64,000 bases of DNA from Octopus bimaculoides. Lineage: Eukaryota. Where the stretch lies: NCBI RefSeq assembly GCF_001194135.2, contig NC_068982.1:161852383-161916382 (forward strand). Reading direction: 5' to 3'. Below the pieces are notes generated by a model, which worked only from the letters and a program-made list of their open reading frames with translations, searched no databases and was not told the DNA's origin. This document shows, in pieces, positions 1 through 13,095 of the stretch (position 1 is its first letter; each line of letters starts with the position of its first letter). A program made the translations under genes and the position numbers.

Positions 1-192
1 TATATATATATAAATATGTATGTGTATATATGTATATGTGTGTATATATATGTGTGTGTATGTATATGTATATATAAATATGTATGTGTATGTATTTATA
101 TATATGTGTGTGTATATATGTATATGTATATATGTATGTGTATATATATATATGTATAAATATATGTTTATGTGTGTATATATATATATATA
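1..192. repeat. (TA/TG)n microsatellite
   Basis: Alternating TATG/TA tract. Confidence 0.95.
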
Positions 193-239
193 TAACCTCT
201 ATCATCACATTCACATATCTATCCTCAGCATCATTGCTT

Positions 240-830
240 TATACTCACTTTGACAAGACTAAAGGGGCCTCTTGGCTTTTTACTGAACAGAATGCACTGG
301 GTGCTATTTATTGTAGTACCAGCACTAGAGAAGATAGGGTTTATAGTGTAATGGACAGCAAGAGGTGGATAGATGGCGAGAGTGAATGATTGATGTTGAT
401 ACCAAATGGCCAAGGGGAGGACATGAGTAGCATATATGGCCTACATGCATATCTAATGAGATCTCTTATTCTTATTCATATGCTGCAGGATGGGGGAAAG
501 AGAGCTATGGTGATAAGAATGAGAGAGGAAGTAGGTGAGGTGTTGGTGAGTAGGTCAGATAGGTCTAGTGCACGCCTGGTTACACTGAAGTAATGGATGG
601 TGAACAGATCTCTGCTGCCATTCTTAGTCACAGGAGAAAGTGATTGAGAAATGTGTGCTAGTGGTATGGGTGATAGATAGGTGGTTGTTAGGGGCATGGG
701 TCATAGATAGATGAGCGATAAGAAGGATGTGTGATAAGGAGTGGGTGTGTGCAATAGAAGGGTGATTAACAGGCATGTTAGATGAGGCTATGAAAGATGT
801 AGGCTTGATAGTATGCACACACACACAATT
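240..830 (-). mobile_element. Possible Penelope-like 3' relic (GIY-YIG region)
   Basis: Composition similar to 11880-12420; weak TINSTQCILFS motif; not decisive. Confidence 0.25.
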
Positions 831-884
831 ATGTTTATATATGTAAATGTGTATGTATATATTTGCATAAACAGAGATGTAGGC

Positions 885-1040
885 TTGGTTGCATGATTGA
901 GTCCCTTGGTTTTGGGTTGAGTCCCACTGCATAGCATCTTGGGCAAGTGCCTTCAACTTTAGGCTGATCAAAGCCTTGTAATGAATTTAGTAGACTGAAA
1001 CTGAAAAGAAGCTCATTGTGTTTGTGTGGGTGTGTGTGCA
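885..1040 (+). mobile_element. Degenerate tRNA-type SINE with (GT)n-like tail
   Basis: GGTTGAGTCCCACTGCATAGCATCTTGGGCAAGTGCCTT...AAGAAGCTCATTGTG followed by a GT-rich tail. Confidence 0.55.
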
Positions 1041-1922
1041 TGTAGGATGGGGAATCTTCTTGTAATGACATCATCATCATTGGTTTAATGTCCATGTTTT
1101 TTCTCTGCCCAGATGCCCTGTTTCCAGGTAAAGTAATATCTACCCTTGACCAGACATCATATGATGTCCTGGCAAAGAAATAGTAAAGCACGTGTACACA
1201 CACATGTGATTGGGAAGTAAGCTTCTTACATTGTGATACGAACCATGTTGTTTCTTTCAGATCTTCTGTGCAAACCTGTCCAGATTCAAGGGAAATCATT
1301 ATCTTGCTTGGAAACAAGTGAGGGTTGTCAACAAGGTGAGAGGAGTGCAGCCGACTGTAGAAAATTTGCCTCAGTGAATTTCATCTGATTTATTCAGGCA
1401 TCGGAAAACAGATGCTAAAAAGATGATGATGATGGTGATGATTATAAAAACAAAAATATTCAATAGAAATAGCTTAGAGTGGCTAATGGCATGGATATGG
1501 ATAATTAAAAAAAAAACATCTTAAGGTATATCAAACGCCATACAAGATAAATTCTTGATTTATTAAAATTTTCTTTACTTTTGAGAGAAGATGCAATTGG
1601 AACTACCTCCAAATGAAAAGAGGAGTTAGTCTCAAGAATCCACCTAAACAGGTATGCCATTTAGGAAAGGATGGCTCTGACCATCTGGAAACAACATTTC
1701 TACCTCAATAGGCATCATCAGCACAGCAGTTGTCCCACCCTAACTTCAACAGAAAACATACTTAGACATATAAAGAGTAGAGATATATTTCTCACCAAGG
1801 TTTATTGCATAATTAAAAAGAACCAAGAAAAACAGCACTAGATGAATAACAGTATACAAAATTCTATATGAGATAAATGTGTGTATATATATATATACAT
1901 GTGTGTGTGTGTGTATGCACAT

Positions 1923-2520
1923 ATCATCATCATCATTGTTTAACGTCCGCTTTCCATGCTGGCATGGGTTGGACAATTTAACTGAGGACTGGCGAACCAA
2001 ATGGCTGCACCAGGCTCCAATCTGATCTGGCAGAGTTTCTACAGCTGGATGCCCTTCCTAATGCCAACCACTCAGAGAGTGTAGTGGGTGTTTTTATGTG
2101 CCATTGGCACGAGGGCCAGTCAGGCAGTACTGGCAACGGTGACACTCAAATGGTGTTTTTTACGTGCCACCTGCACAGGAGCTAGTCCAGCAGCACTGGC
2201 AATGACCTCGCTCGAATGTTTTTTCACATGCCACCGGCACATGTGCCAATAAGGCAATGCTGGTAATGATCATGCTCGAATGGTGCTTTTTATGTGCCAT
2301 CGACACAGAAGCCAGTCAGCTGCTCTGGCAATGATCACGCTCGGTAGGTGCTCTTAGCACTTCATTAGCACGGATGCCAGTCATCGAATTTGACTTCGAT
2401 TTCACTTGCATCAACAGGTCTTCGCAAGCAGAGTTTAGTGTCCAATGAAGGAAAGGTATGCATAAGTGGGCTGGCTACACCCCTGGCAGAGGCCATAGGT
2501 TATGGTCTCACTTGGCTTTG
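1923..2520 (-). mobile_element. RTE family A 3' end with 4-5 tandem ~65-bp units
   Basis: (ATC)n, TTTAACGTCCGCTTTCCATGCTGGCATGGGTTGG, CTGGATGCCCTTCCTAATGCCAACCACTC, then repeat units. Confidence 0.85.
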
Positions 2521-2523
2521 CTC

Positions 2524-2835
2524 ATGACTTAGTGGTTAGGGTATTCGGCTTGCAATCATACAGTCACAAGTTCGATTCCCGGTGGTGCGTTGTGTCCTTG
2601 AGCAAGACACTTTATTACATGGTGCTCCAGTTCACTCAGCTGGCATAAAAGAGTAGTACCTGTATTTCAAGGGGTCAGCCTTATCGCACTCTGTGTCATG
2701 CCAAGTCTCCCTGAGAAATATGTAATGGGGTACCTGTGTCTGTGGAGTGCTCAGCCACTTGCACGTTAATCTCATGAGCAAGCTGTTCCGTTGATCATAT
2801 CAGCTGGGACCCTTGTCGTAACCAACAGTGCTCTT
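2524..2835 (+). mobile_element. tRNA-derived SINE with CORE-like central domain
   Basis: A box (TTAGTGGTTAG), B box (GTTCGATTCC), then GTGTCCTTGAGCAAGACACTTTA...GCTCCAGTTCACTCAGCTG, ending at an (AT)n tract. Confidence 0.7.
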
Positions 2836-2937
2836 TTATATATATATATACACACGTGTGTACATATATATATATGTATTCATCTCTCTCTCTCTACACA
2901 CACACACATCCATTTATACTCGCATGTTTTCTGTGTG

Positions 2938-2975
<38 letters not shown>

Positions 2976-3937
2976 TGCATGCATGTATGTATGAAGTATG
3001 CACACACATTGAATAATTGATTAAAAGGTCTAGTGGTCTGTACTACATATCAATGTATGTTTGTATATTATATATAGCAACTTGCAAAAGCAAACCAGAC
3101 TACAGCTGTTAGTTATAAATCAAGGTGGTAAACAAATGGAGATAAGCTTCTATGTTGAAACAGATTTTTGTAAATAAATATTGCCACTGTAGACATACAG
3201 ATGAGGAATAAGTAGGGAATATTCCAATATAGGCATGTTTATGAAAGGTAACCTTGTATATTGATAGGAGTATTTTTCTGGATGAATTATTACAGAGTTC
3301 CTGTCAAGTCATATAGCTGTTGGTTGCTATTTCTTATCTCATCAGTGTACAACACTGTAATTAGAACTAAGGCATTATTAGCTGTACCTTAGCTACATAT
3401 CACTGTTGTTGGTTTTGATTCAAAGTACGTATACAGTGTTTGTATTTACATGTACTAACACATACAACAGTGTATAGAATCACTGCTATTATTTCAACTC
3501 TCAAGCCAATTTTGATTAAGCAGATGTATGATCAAAGGTGTTCTAGCTGTGATGATTCCATTTTTTGCCTTCAATGTTTTCTTCATTCTTAAATTGATAG
3601 GGGTGTAAGATGAGAAAAACTTGGCTGCTGTGAAGTGGATATTTCTATGATTGTGGTAGTGGTGGTGGTGTTATGGCAGTGCTGCTTTCTAGTTAATCAT
3701 AGCACCTCATAAAACTTATTGACATAGACCTCAATGGTCAAATGCTGTGAGTTGTAAAATAAAAGATAAGGATCACTATAGTTCCTGTTGAGGTGACAAA
3801 GAGTGAACACATGTCAGTGTGCTAACACATGTTTGTTTAGTAATTAGTTGGTTAACCTTTTTGTTTATGGTTTACAATGAATGTGTGTGTGTGTGTTTAT
3901 GTATGTGTGTATGCCTATAGTAGAAAGGGTTATTATT

Positions 3938-4144
3938 AAGGCAGTGAGCTGGTAGAATTGTTAGCATGCCGGCAAAATGCTTAGCAGCATTTCATCCATC
4001 TTTATGTTCTGAGTTCAAATTCCACCAAGGTCAACTTTGCTTTTCATCCTTTCGGGGTTGATAAATTAAGCACCAGTGAAACACTGGAGTAGATGCAGTT
4101 GACCAGTCTCCTCCCACAAAATTTCAGTTCTTTTGTAGAAAGGA

Positions 4145-4171
<27 letters not shown>
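3938..4171 (+). mobile_element. tRNA-type SINE family B with (ATT)n tail
   Basis: A/B-box-like head, TTTCATCCTTTCGGGGTTGATAAATTAAG core, AGTAGAAAGG(ATT)n end. Confidence 0.8.
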
Positions 4172-4175
<4 letters not shown>

Positions 4176-5489
4176 GACTTGGGTTCATACTTATTCCTGG
4201 TAGAATTTATGTAGGTAGCAGGTTACTACCTGTAGCCTTTGGGTCTCCACAAGCTTTCAATTGCCTTTCAAGTGCTTAAAATCATTTTTTACCTTAAGAT
4301 TTAATTCTCATAAAATAGTATTAATAATTCCAAGAGATAATTCCAAGAGAGTGTTTATCTTTATTTTTGATTGGTGGACTTTTTATTATGTTAAATTTAA
4401 ATAAATTGTTTAAATCTATTAGAAAAATCTCCCAAATGATAAAATATTTTCAAACTGAACATTTCGTTATTGAATATTAGATAATGCTAATTTAATTATA
4501 GGATTTTTCAAAGAAAGATTTGAGACATTAAGTTTCTAATATTAATTGATCAAGATAGGAAGTTGATTAATTTATTCATTATCTATAAAATTTATCATTG
4601 CTACTCTGAATTCTTTCTTGGTTTTTGATATTTACTTATTCTTTACTTAGTTTGGTTTTCTTAGAATTATGAGTTCATGTTCATTTTGTGCAGTTGATTT
4701 TCTCCATCAGAACTGCTAAGTAACAATTGTTGCCTCCTATAGATTTGAATTCATAGAGCTAAGAAAAGTAGACCATCTGAAAAGTAAGTAAATATTATTT
4801 CAGCGATGACCATCCATCCTGTCTTACCATTTTAAGATTATCTAAGACTGATACATCTAATTTTTATTTTAATACTGTAGTGTAATATAAAGATTTGTGA
4901 ATTTTGGCTGGTCGAATGACCATGTAAGAGGTTTCCATTGCATGCAGTAACTTGAATATTGGAGCATGCCAACCTAATTATTAGTTTGGGGGGACATAGG
5001 TTGTAAGGATATGTGTGTGTGTGTTCAGTTTGGTACTAAGGAATCATACTTGTAGTAAACTAGTTTTTCCTTTGAAGGAAAGTTTCTCCAATTTAACTAT
5101 TCATGTTAATGAATCATTTTATTAAAGTGAACCCTACCTTGTGAAGTAACTAACTGGATACTTCAGGTCCATTTGATCCATCATCCTGTTACCATCAGTG
5201 TGTCTTCTATCTCAGGACCCGAGAAGAACACTGTCTCTAGTCTTTCCCTGGAAATGCAACTCCTCTGGAATTATCTCTATACACATTTTACCTCTGGACA
5301 TTGGCCAGCAGATGTTCAAACTGAACATGAACCACATCACTCTCTCAGTCTGATAGGACTTGCAAAGGTCTTCTTCGCAATATCTATTAAAGCAAAACCA
5401 TTTTTATTCTCTTCTGAGAATCTTTATTTGAGGTTTTTAGTGGTGGGAACTTTTGAAGAGGCAATATATAGATAGATGGAAATGCTTTG

Positions 5490-5910
5490 AAGCAGTGAGT
5501 AAACATAGATCCAATTGGAAGGTAAGAAAGAGTACATGGCCTCAATTTTAGTGACTATAGATTCACTAGAGAAGTACATGACCTAGAATCTATTGAATAT
5601 AGATCCAGCAGGAATACATGACTCAGATTCTAGGGAATATAGATCCAGTAGGGAGCATATGACCTAGATTCTAATGAGTATAGATCCAGCAGGGAGTACA
5701 TAGTTCAGATTCTAGTAAATGTAGATCTGGCAGAGGATACATGACCTAAATTTTAAGTGAATAAAGATGTGACAGAGTACTTGACCTAAATTCTTGCAAA
5801 GATAGATTTAACAGAAGGAAGCTCGTTACCTCAGTTGTAGTGGACATAGATTCTAACAGGCAAGACTACTAGCTATGAGATGGATGTGGCTTAAATTCTA
5901 GTTGGGATCA
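5490..5910. repeat. Degenerate ~41-bp minisatellite (about 9 units)
   Basis: Consensus approximately GAGTACATGACCTAGATTCTAGTGAATATAGATCCAGCAG. Confidence 0.75.
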
Positions 5911-6243
5911 CTGCTAGCAAAGAATATATTTTAAATTCAACATATTATTAGCTACTAACTTTTTATATTTTGAATATCAAGCCATCTGTTTTTTTTTTGT
6001 TTTGTGGTATTAGAACTTTTACCCCATTCATATTCATTGATGCCAATGTGCTCACATATATATATAAATATGATGTATANNNNNNNNNNNNNNNNNNNNN
6101 NNNNNNNTGTGTGTGTGTGTGTGTTAGCATATATTTGTATATACATGCAAATAGGTGGGTGGTTTGGTGTGCCTAAACAGATTTTTATTAAGTGGGTTTT
6201 ATTAAAATGATTGATTTTTATTAATTAATCAATTTGTTTAGAA

Positions 6244-6244
6244 T

Positions 6245-6296
<52 letters not shown>

Positions 6297-6322
6297 CAGC
6301 AGCAGCAGCAGCAGCAGCAGCA
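6244..6322. repeat. Compound (TAG)n(CAG)n microsatellite
   Basis: Read directly from sequence. Confidence 0.95.
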
Positions 6323-9300
6323 GTCTAGTTATTATTTAGCTCCAGGAGAGCTCTGATCAAGTGACCACTGATCAAAGGTATACTAGCCTTGACCACTTGT
6401 TTTTTGGTTCTGTTTCTCTTGAACAATAATGGTTTCAGGGAATTTGGTTGCTGTTCTAGCTGGTTAAATGACTATATAGGATTTCTCTTATCTGTAGTTA
6501 TAACATTAAGTAGTTATACTACTGTGGTTGATCAGCAGAATTATTAGAGCATTAGACAGAATGTATTGCTGTAGTTGTTCCAGTTCTTGCACTCTGAGTT
6601 CAAATCCTGATTAACTTTACCTTTCATCTTTTTTAAGAGTTGAATAAATTGACTTGCAACTTAGTGCTAGTAGAGTTTCTTCCCCGCTCTCTTTCCAGCT
6701 GTCACAGCCTGAATGTTATACTGAGTCAAAGGTAGAAGATGTCTGTGTGCCTCTGCCTGCATGCTGCTGCATGAACACCTAAAACCATTCTTGAAAACAT
6801 GCTGATACTGAGACCTCTTCAGTTGCAATTAATAGTAGCAGTAGTAGATAGCTGGATTGATTTTATAGTTAATTCAGTAAAATGCTTTTGTCATTTAGAA
6901 AGAAATTATTTTTGTAGCTGAAATATAACAACACATTGTTTAAGTAGATATTGAAATAATATATAAAAATAATATAATAAAAATAGTAAATATGGTGATA
7001 GTACATGGTAACATATGTTGCTCTGGTAGTAAATACAGTGTTAATATACATCCCTCCATTGCCATTCACTTGCAAGTGGGCATAACTTAGTAGCATATAC
7101 CATGCTTTCACTGATTGCTTTAGATGTCTATGTAGTCCTGAACAACTTTGAGCCAGCAGAGCATCAAAGATGTGATGGGTAGAGAGAAAGCTGCACCAAC
7201 ACTCAGTTGGGATTAGTTTTCAGCTAACTAGATGGAGCAATGGAGAATGAGCTATCTTGTTCAAGGATAAATACACTACCCAGTTGAGGAATTGTCCTTA
7301 AGATTATGAGCCCAACACATTACTCCCCACTCAATACCCAATAGGTCTCTCAATTAACAATAACGAACTGCAGTAAATATTGTGACAATGCCGAAAATAT
7401 TACAAGAGTTAAATAATGGTTAATATATAGCATATAACTTAGTGATAATTGATAATATAATGACATGAATATAGTTATAATACAAAAAATTACAATGAGA
7501 ACACATATTTATTAGATTAGTGATAATATATAACAAAAATGGATGTATTGTAAATAGTAGTATACATAACAATTTAGGATGATGGGAATACACACAGATA
7601 TGTAAATGTAACAATGTATAACAACACCACTTGATGAATCAATAATATATAGACTACATATGATACAACAGCAAATTACAGCAATAAAATCATTACATTG
7701 AAGTACACACACACGGGATGGTGGAGGGGAAAAGTTCCTAGTTTTAAGTGTATCACAGTTGGAAGCCCAATCTTTTGAGTTCTTTTAGAGGGTTTAGGAA
7801 AACTGAAGGACTGCTGCAATAAGTGTGTGAGTCTGAGAGGGGAATATGTTGAATTATTATAATTAACTGAGCCTCTTGTATTTTCTTTTACCCAAAGAAT
7901 CAGGAACTTTTCAACACCCCCTCATATACCCATACACTTCGTTGATGGAGACCAATGTTCAAATGTATGACAGTCATAGAGGAATGTGTTCTGAATGTGC
8001 CAATGGAAAAGCTTCTGCATATTAACTTGACTTGCTAGAAACAGCAGGCAAATTTTTGCTCATTTTACACGCTATTGTCTTAAAATTGGAAAGGACATAT
8101 TGGTTAATGTAATCTGAAATATAACACTGTATCTGAAAAAAAGATGGGATGGTCATAGCTAGACTTCTTTGATCAGAGGTTTTCTCAGTCTGTGCTTACA
8201 TGAAGCTAAACAATAACTGTCCCACAATCTGGTGGTCCAGGCTAAAATCTATTTTTTCTCCAATGTTAAGAAATAATTTTATTTATAGTACAACTTATTT
8301 ATTATCCCAGTTCTAAAATCAGAGCATTTGTGATTGACACCCACAGTATTTCATCATACTGCATATGTCACCAGCATTGAACACACATCAATGAATGAAT
8401 ATTCCCAGAATGTTTAGCTGTGTATAATTATTGTTGTTTAGCCCCAGGTCAATCCTGATAAAATAGACCTGTGGTTCTAAGGCTTTCCAGCAGTGACCAT
8501 TTCCTTCTCTTTTTTCTTTTTCTTTTTTTTTCTGTTTTGGACAGAGTCTACGACTATTTTATTCAATGTGTCAAGAGTTCTGTTTTCAGCAGATTGATTG
8601 ACCATATAGAAGCTCATTCACTGGTTCTATTTGTTGAAAGAATCACTGATTTTTATTTATTTATTCATTTTTTACTCTTGTATCCCTCATTTGTCATGAA
8701 GAAAACTATGAGAAGTTGTGGTATACATACTTTCCCTAAGTATTTGCAATATTGTGTTTATTCTGATTGTCAAAAGCGAATTAATCAAGTGTAAATTGTT
8801 GTATAACCCTCAAATTAGATCTGATTGGTTAGGCATAGTATATCTAGGACCAGATTTCCATTGTATTCTTCTTTTTGCCACTACATACAGAATTTCTCAT
8901 GTTTGTGATGGAAAATGGCTGTAGTAAATGTAAGCCAAGGAAGACTTTCATTAGACTTATTAATGGATGACATAGTTGTGAGATTAATGGCTAGATACTG
9001 TTTTGTAAATATGTTCAAACTATTACCGGTAAAATGATGATGATAGTGATAAATTATTGTCATTACAATAATGAGTGATGAAGATATGCTATGTATATTT
9101 GGTTAATTTTCTTTTGTTGCTAATTTTAGATCTGTTAAGTCACTGTTAATTGCCTATCTTTGTTATTCCAAAGACACACATGCTGTTTTGTTACTCTTGT
9201 GACACACATCTTTTTGTTACTCTCTGACACACAGAATTTCTCGTTTGACACACAAAAGCCTCTTTGTTACCTGTTGACACATACACCCACTGTTATCTTA

Positions 9301-9723
9301 TACACACACACACACACGCACACACACACACACACACACACCTTTGTTACTCTGTTGTCACATACAAGTTTTTCATAATTTCTAAATGAAGAACTTGAGG
9401 AGAATGCACACTACATTCTAAACTTTGAAGGGCTACAGTATACAGATACTTTTNNNNNNNNNNNNNNNNNNNNNNNNNNNNNNNNNNNNNNNNNNNNNNN
9501 NNNNNNNNNNNNNNNNNNNNNNNNNNNNNNNNNNNNNNNNNNNNNNNNNNNNNNNNNNNNNNNNNNNNNNNNNNNNNNNNNNNNNNNNNNNNNNNNNNNN
9601 NNNNNNNNNNNNNNNNNNNNNNNNNNNNNNNNNNNNNNNNNNNNNNNNNNNNNNNNNNNNNNNNNNNNNNNNNNNNNNNNNNNNNNNNNNNNNNNNNNNN
9701 NNNNNNNNNNNNNNNNNNNNNNN

Positions 9724-10035
9724 TCATCATCATCATAGTTTAACGTCTGCTTTCCATGCTAGCATGGGTTGGATGGTTTGACTGAGGACTGGCAAGCCAG
9801 GAGGCTGCACCAGGTTCCAGTCTAATCTGGCAAGGTTTCTACAGATGGATACTCTTCCTAATGCCAACCACTCCAAGAGTGTAGTAGGTGCTTTTTATGT
9901 GCCACTGGCATGGAAGCCAGTCAGGTGGTACTGGCATTGACCACATTTGAATGGTGCTTTTTACACACCACTGGCATGAGAGCTAGACAGGCAGCACTAG
10001 CAATGACCACACTCGAATGGTGCTTTTTACAGGAT
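9724..10035 (-). mobile_element. RTE family A 3' end (2-3 units)
   Basis: Same conserved 3' block after (ATC)n. Confidence 0.8.
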
Positions 10036-10937
10036 GAATATTGAGGGAGATTTGGCAGCTATGTCTAGCACGCTTGTCAATAGATGAATTTTAAAAGAGA
10101 ACACTGTAGGGGATTTTCCTTCAGTGATTGATTTTAGATATTACCAATATTTAGTTGCATATAATTTTGATGAGCATATAATTGACATATTTAATTTTCA
10201 TTTAGTTTTTTTTTTTCATTATTGTTTAAGCTACATATATTAATAAGAGAGAATTTATGTCATATATCTGTTACATTAATGTGTGATTGAGTTTTAATTA
10301 GTGAAACCTTTATATAAATATATCTTGGTGTAATACGTTATCTGACAGCATATGGTATCTTAGTATATAGACTAAGTTATGCATGTGTTTTAAGAAAACA
10401 AAATGAGGATTGAGGAAAGAGTGAGTGTAAAGGAGATGTAGGAATTGTGCAAGAAATGTAGTTAGTGAGAAGGGGGGTGGGGTGGCAGATTAACAGATTT
10501 GCTACTTCAGGAGGAGTGAAAGGTAGAAAATGAAAACAAGATAAACACTCTGTTAAAGAGAGAAAGAGAGAGAAAAGCAGAGAGAAAGAGAATAGGTACA
10601 CTTAAGTAAGTGAATAAATAGGTACACCCCAGTAAGAGAACAAGTGCACTCCAGACAACTGGGCTAATTTATCAGCCCACCTTTGTAGCCTAGAAAGAAG
10701 ACTGAGCCATTCTCTTCAAGAATATATAGACTTTTCTTTGTCAATTGAAATTTCAGTAAGAGGATAGGTACACTCCCTTGAGAGAAATAGGTATTAAGTG
10801 ACCATCTCATTGTATCACATGACTAAATGTTCAAAGTAGACAACGTATGTGACCAACAGATTAGAGATGGCAACCATGTTATATGGTTTGTTTATAAATG
10901 TAGTTGCAATGTTATTTTGGCATTATATATTAACCCT

Positions 10938-11144
10938 AAGCGGTGAGCTGGCAGAATTGTTAGCATGCTGGATGAAATGCTTAGTGGTATTTTGCTTGTT
11001 GCTACATTCTGAGTTCAAATTCCACTGGGGTTGACTTTGCCTTTTATCCTTTCAATAAATTAAGTACCAGTGAAACACAGGGGTTGCTGTAATCAACTAG
11101 TCCCCTCCCTACAAACTTCAGGCCTTGTGCCTTTAGTAGAAAGG
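10938..11144 (+). mobile_element. tRNA-type SINE family B with perfect 16-bp TSD
   Basis: TSD ATTATATATTAACCCT at 10922-10937 and 11145-11160. Confidence 0.85.
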
Positions 11145-11879
11145 ATTATATATTAACCCTTATAAGACAACTGGGCCAATCTATCAGCTCACTCTTTGTA
11201 GTCATGAAACAAAACCCAGTCCAATCTCTTTAAGAATATATATGCTTTTTGTTGTTGATTGAAATTCAGAGTGTACTCATGGTCATGTAGATTACAGGTT
11301 TGCTTTGTAATCCCAAAGTTCTATATGTAGGTTTCAGATAGTTCATCTGATTGTCTACCACACAATTTCTGATGATCCAACTTCAGTAATATCGGATAAA
11401 TCAGAAGACATTTGGTCCAGTAGCCATGGTCTAGAGAGAAACCCAGAACCATGCGGGTAAACTCAAATATTTCAGTTGGCTTTAGCTTAGGCAATAACTA
11501 ACTTAAGTGTTACATCAGAAATTAATTTGTAATCATTTTATGTCCACTTTTCACAAGAGCATGAGTTGGATGGGTTGTCACAGTCGAATCTGTTTTTATT
11601 CAGAATTTCTACCCTTGGTGGATGACATCTCAGTTGTACATTGCATTTTTGGCATGGTTTCTGTGATGGATACTCTTCATACATTTTACCAAGGTACCAA
11701 CATTTGAGAAGTTGTCATGTCCTTAAACTGACTAAAAGGCTCTCCTGACACTGCGTTGTCACTGTTTTGTTCACCAACAACTTAACAGAATATCTTGAAT
11801 GGCATTAGTGTTAGTGAGATTGTCTAAGGCTCTTTAGCCTCTAGGGCTCTGCAAGGCTAAAGAGCTCTGTTTATTTCAA

Positions 11880-12420
11880 GGTATCTGAGAGGGAGTGATT
11901 AGAAGAGAAAGTGATAACAGAAGGTCTAAGGTGAGTGAGTAAAGTGAACAAGAATAGGATGAAAGAAATAGTGATTGTGGTGAGAGGGTGGCAGAGGTGG
12001 AAATAGTGAAAGAGCAATAGTTCTGGAAAAAGTAATGGAAGAGAGTGAGTAATGGCAGTTACCTGTGTGCTGATATGTAAAAGAGATTGAGTGATGGATG
12101 ATAAGAGAAAGTGTTAGATATCAATTACAAGAAGTTTGGGAGTGGAATGATGGCTAGCAGTATAGAATGGGTGATGGTAGTGTGTATAAGCTAGAAACAG
12201 AAAGGCATCTGGATGCGAAAGAGAGGTAGAAAGTCCAGTGCCTTCTCTCATTACACAGGTGGCATGTTGCAGTGAATGGAGAGAGGGTGAGTGTCAAAAT
12301 ATAAGAGGATTGGACAGACCCAATACCATCTTGAGTTACAGGGCAGTTTGGTACAATGCATAGGAGGAGAGATCCACTGTCTTCCTTAGTTACACAGGCA
12401 ACGTGATATAGAGAAAAGGA
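11880..12420 (-). mobile_element. Possible Penelope-like RT relic
   Basis: Weak minus-strand motif order (..IV.NCP.T, SY...LSP, LLVIDI) with frameshifts; purine-rich plus strand. Confidence 0.35.
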
Positions 12421-12679
12421 GAGTGGTGATAGTATAAGTGATAGAGTGATAAATGATGAGAGGGCATCAAAGATGTAAAGGGATGGGCAACAGATGGGGA
12501 CTTGATAGTTGTATTAGACAAGAGACCAAAATGTGTGTGTGTGTGTGTGTGTGTGTACCTCCCTTTAAACACAACAATTACAACATTTGTTCTGCCATGC
12601 TTGCACGTGTTGGCGATCATTAATGATTTTAAAACATTAATACATTAATCTCTTTCTTCTCTCTCTCTCTCTGTATGTA

Positions 12680-12732
<53 letters not shown>

Positions 12733-12910
12733 TGAAAAGAAAGAAATGAGCTGGGTATGTTTTATTATGGGGACATTTAATTAACATCATAACAAAACCA
12801 AGTAAAATAATGAGTTATGACAGACAAAGCATCATACAGCCTGTTGTTTTAGTAATACCAACTGTATGTATCTTATTTATAACAGTTATATCGAGCTGTG
12901 CAAGTTCATA

Positions 12911-13095
12911 TATCATCATCATCAGCATTCTTTAATGTCTGTTTTCCATGCTGGCATGAGTTGGATGGTTTGACCTGGGCTAGCATGCCAGAGAACTGCA
13001 CCAGGTTCCATTCTGGTTTGGCTTGGTTTCTGTAGCTAGATGCCCTTCCTAACATCTACCACTTTACAATGTGTGCTGGGTGCTTTTAACATGAC
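12911..13095 (-). mobile_element. RTE family A short 3' fragment
   Basis: (ATC)n plus conserved 3' block, no complete unit. Confidence 0.7.

Noticed and set aside
20-389. ORF-track entries rich in Y/I/C/V/M/H/T (also 2791-3016, 46309-46604 and all poly-X ORFs)
   Set aside because: Translations of microsatellites or N-gaps, not genes
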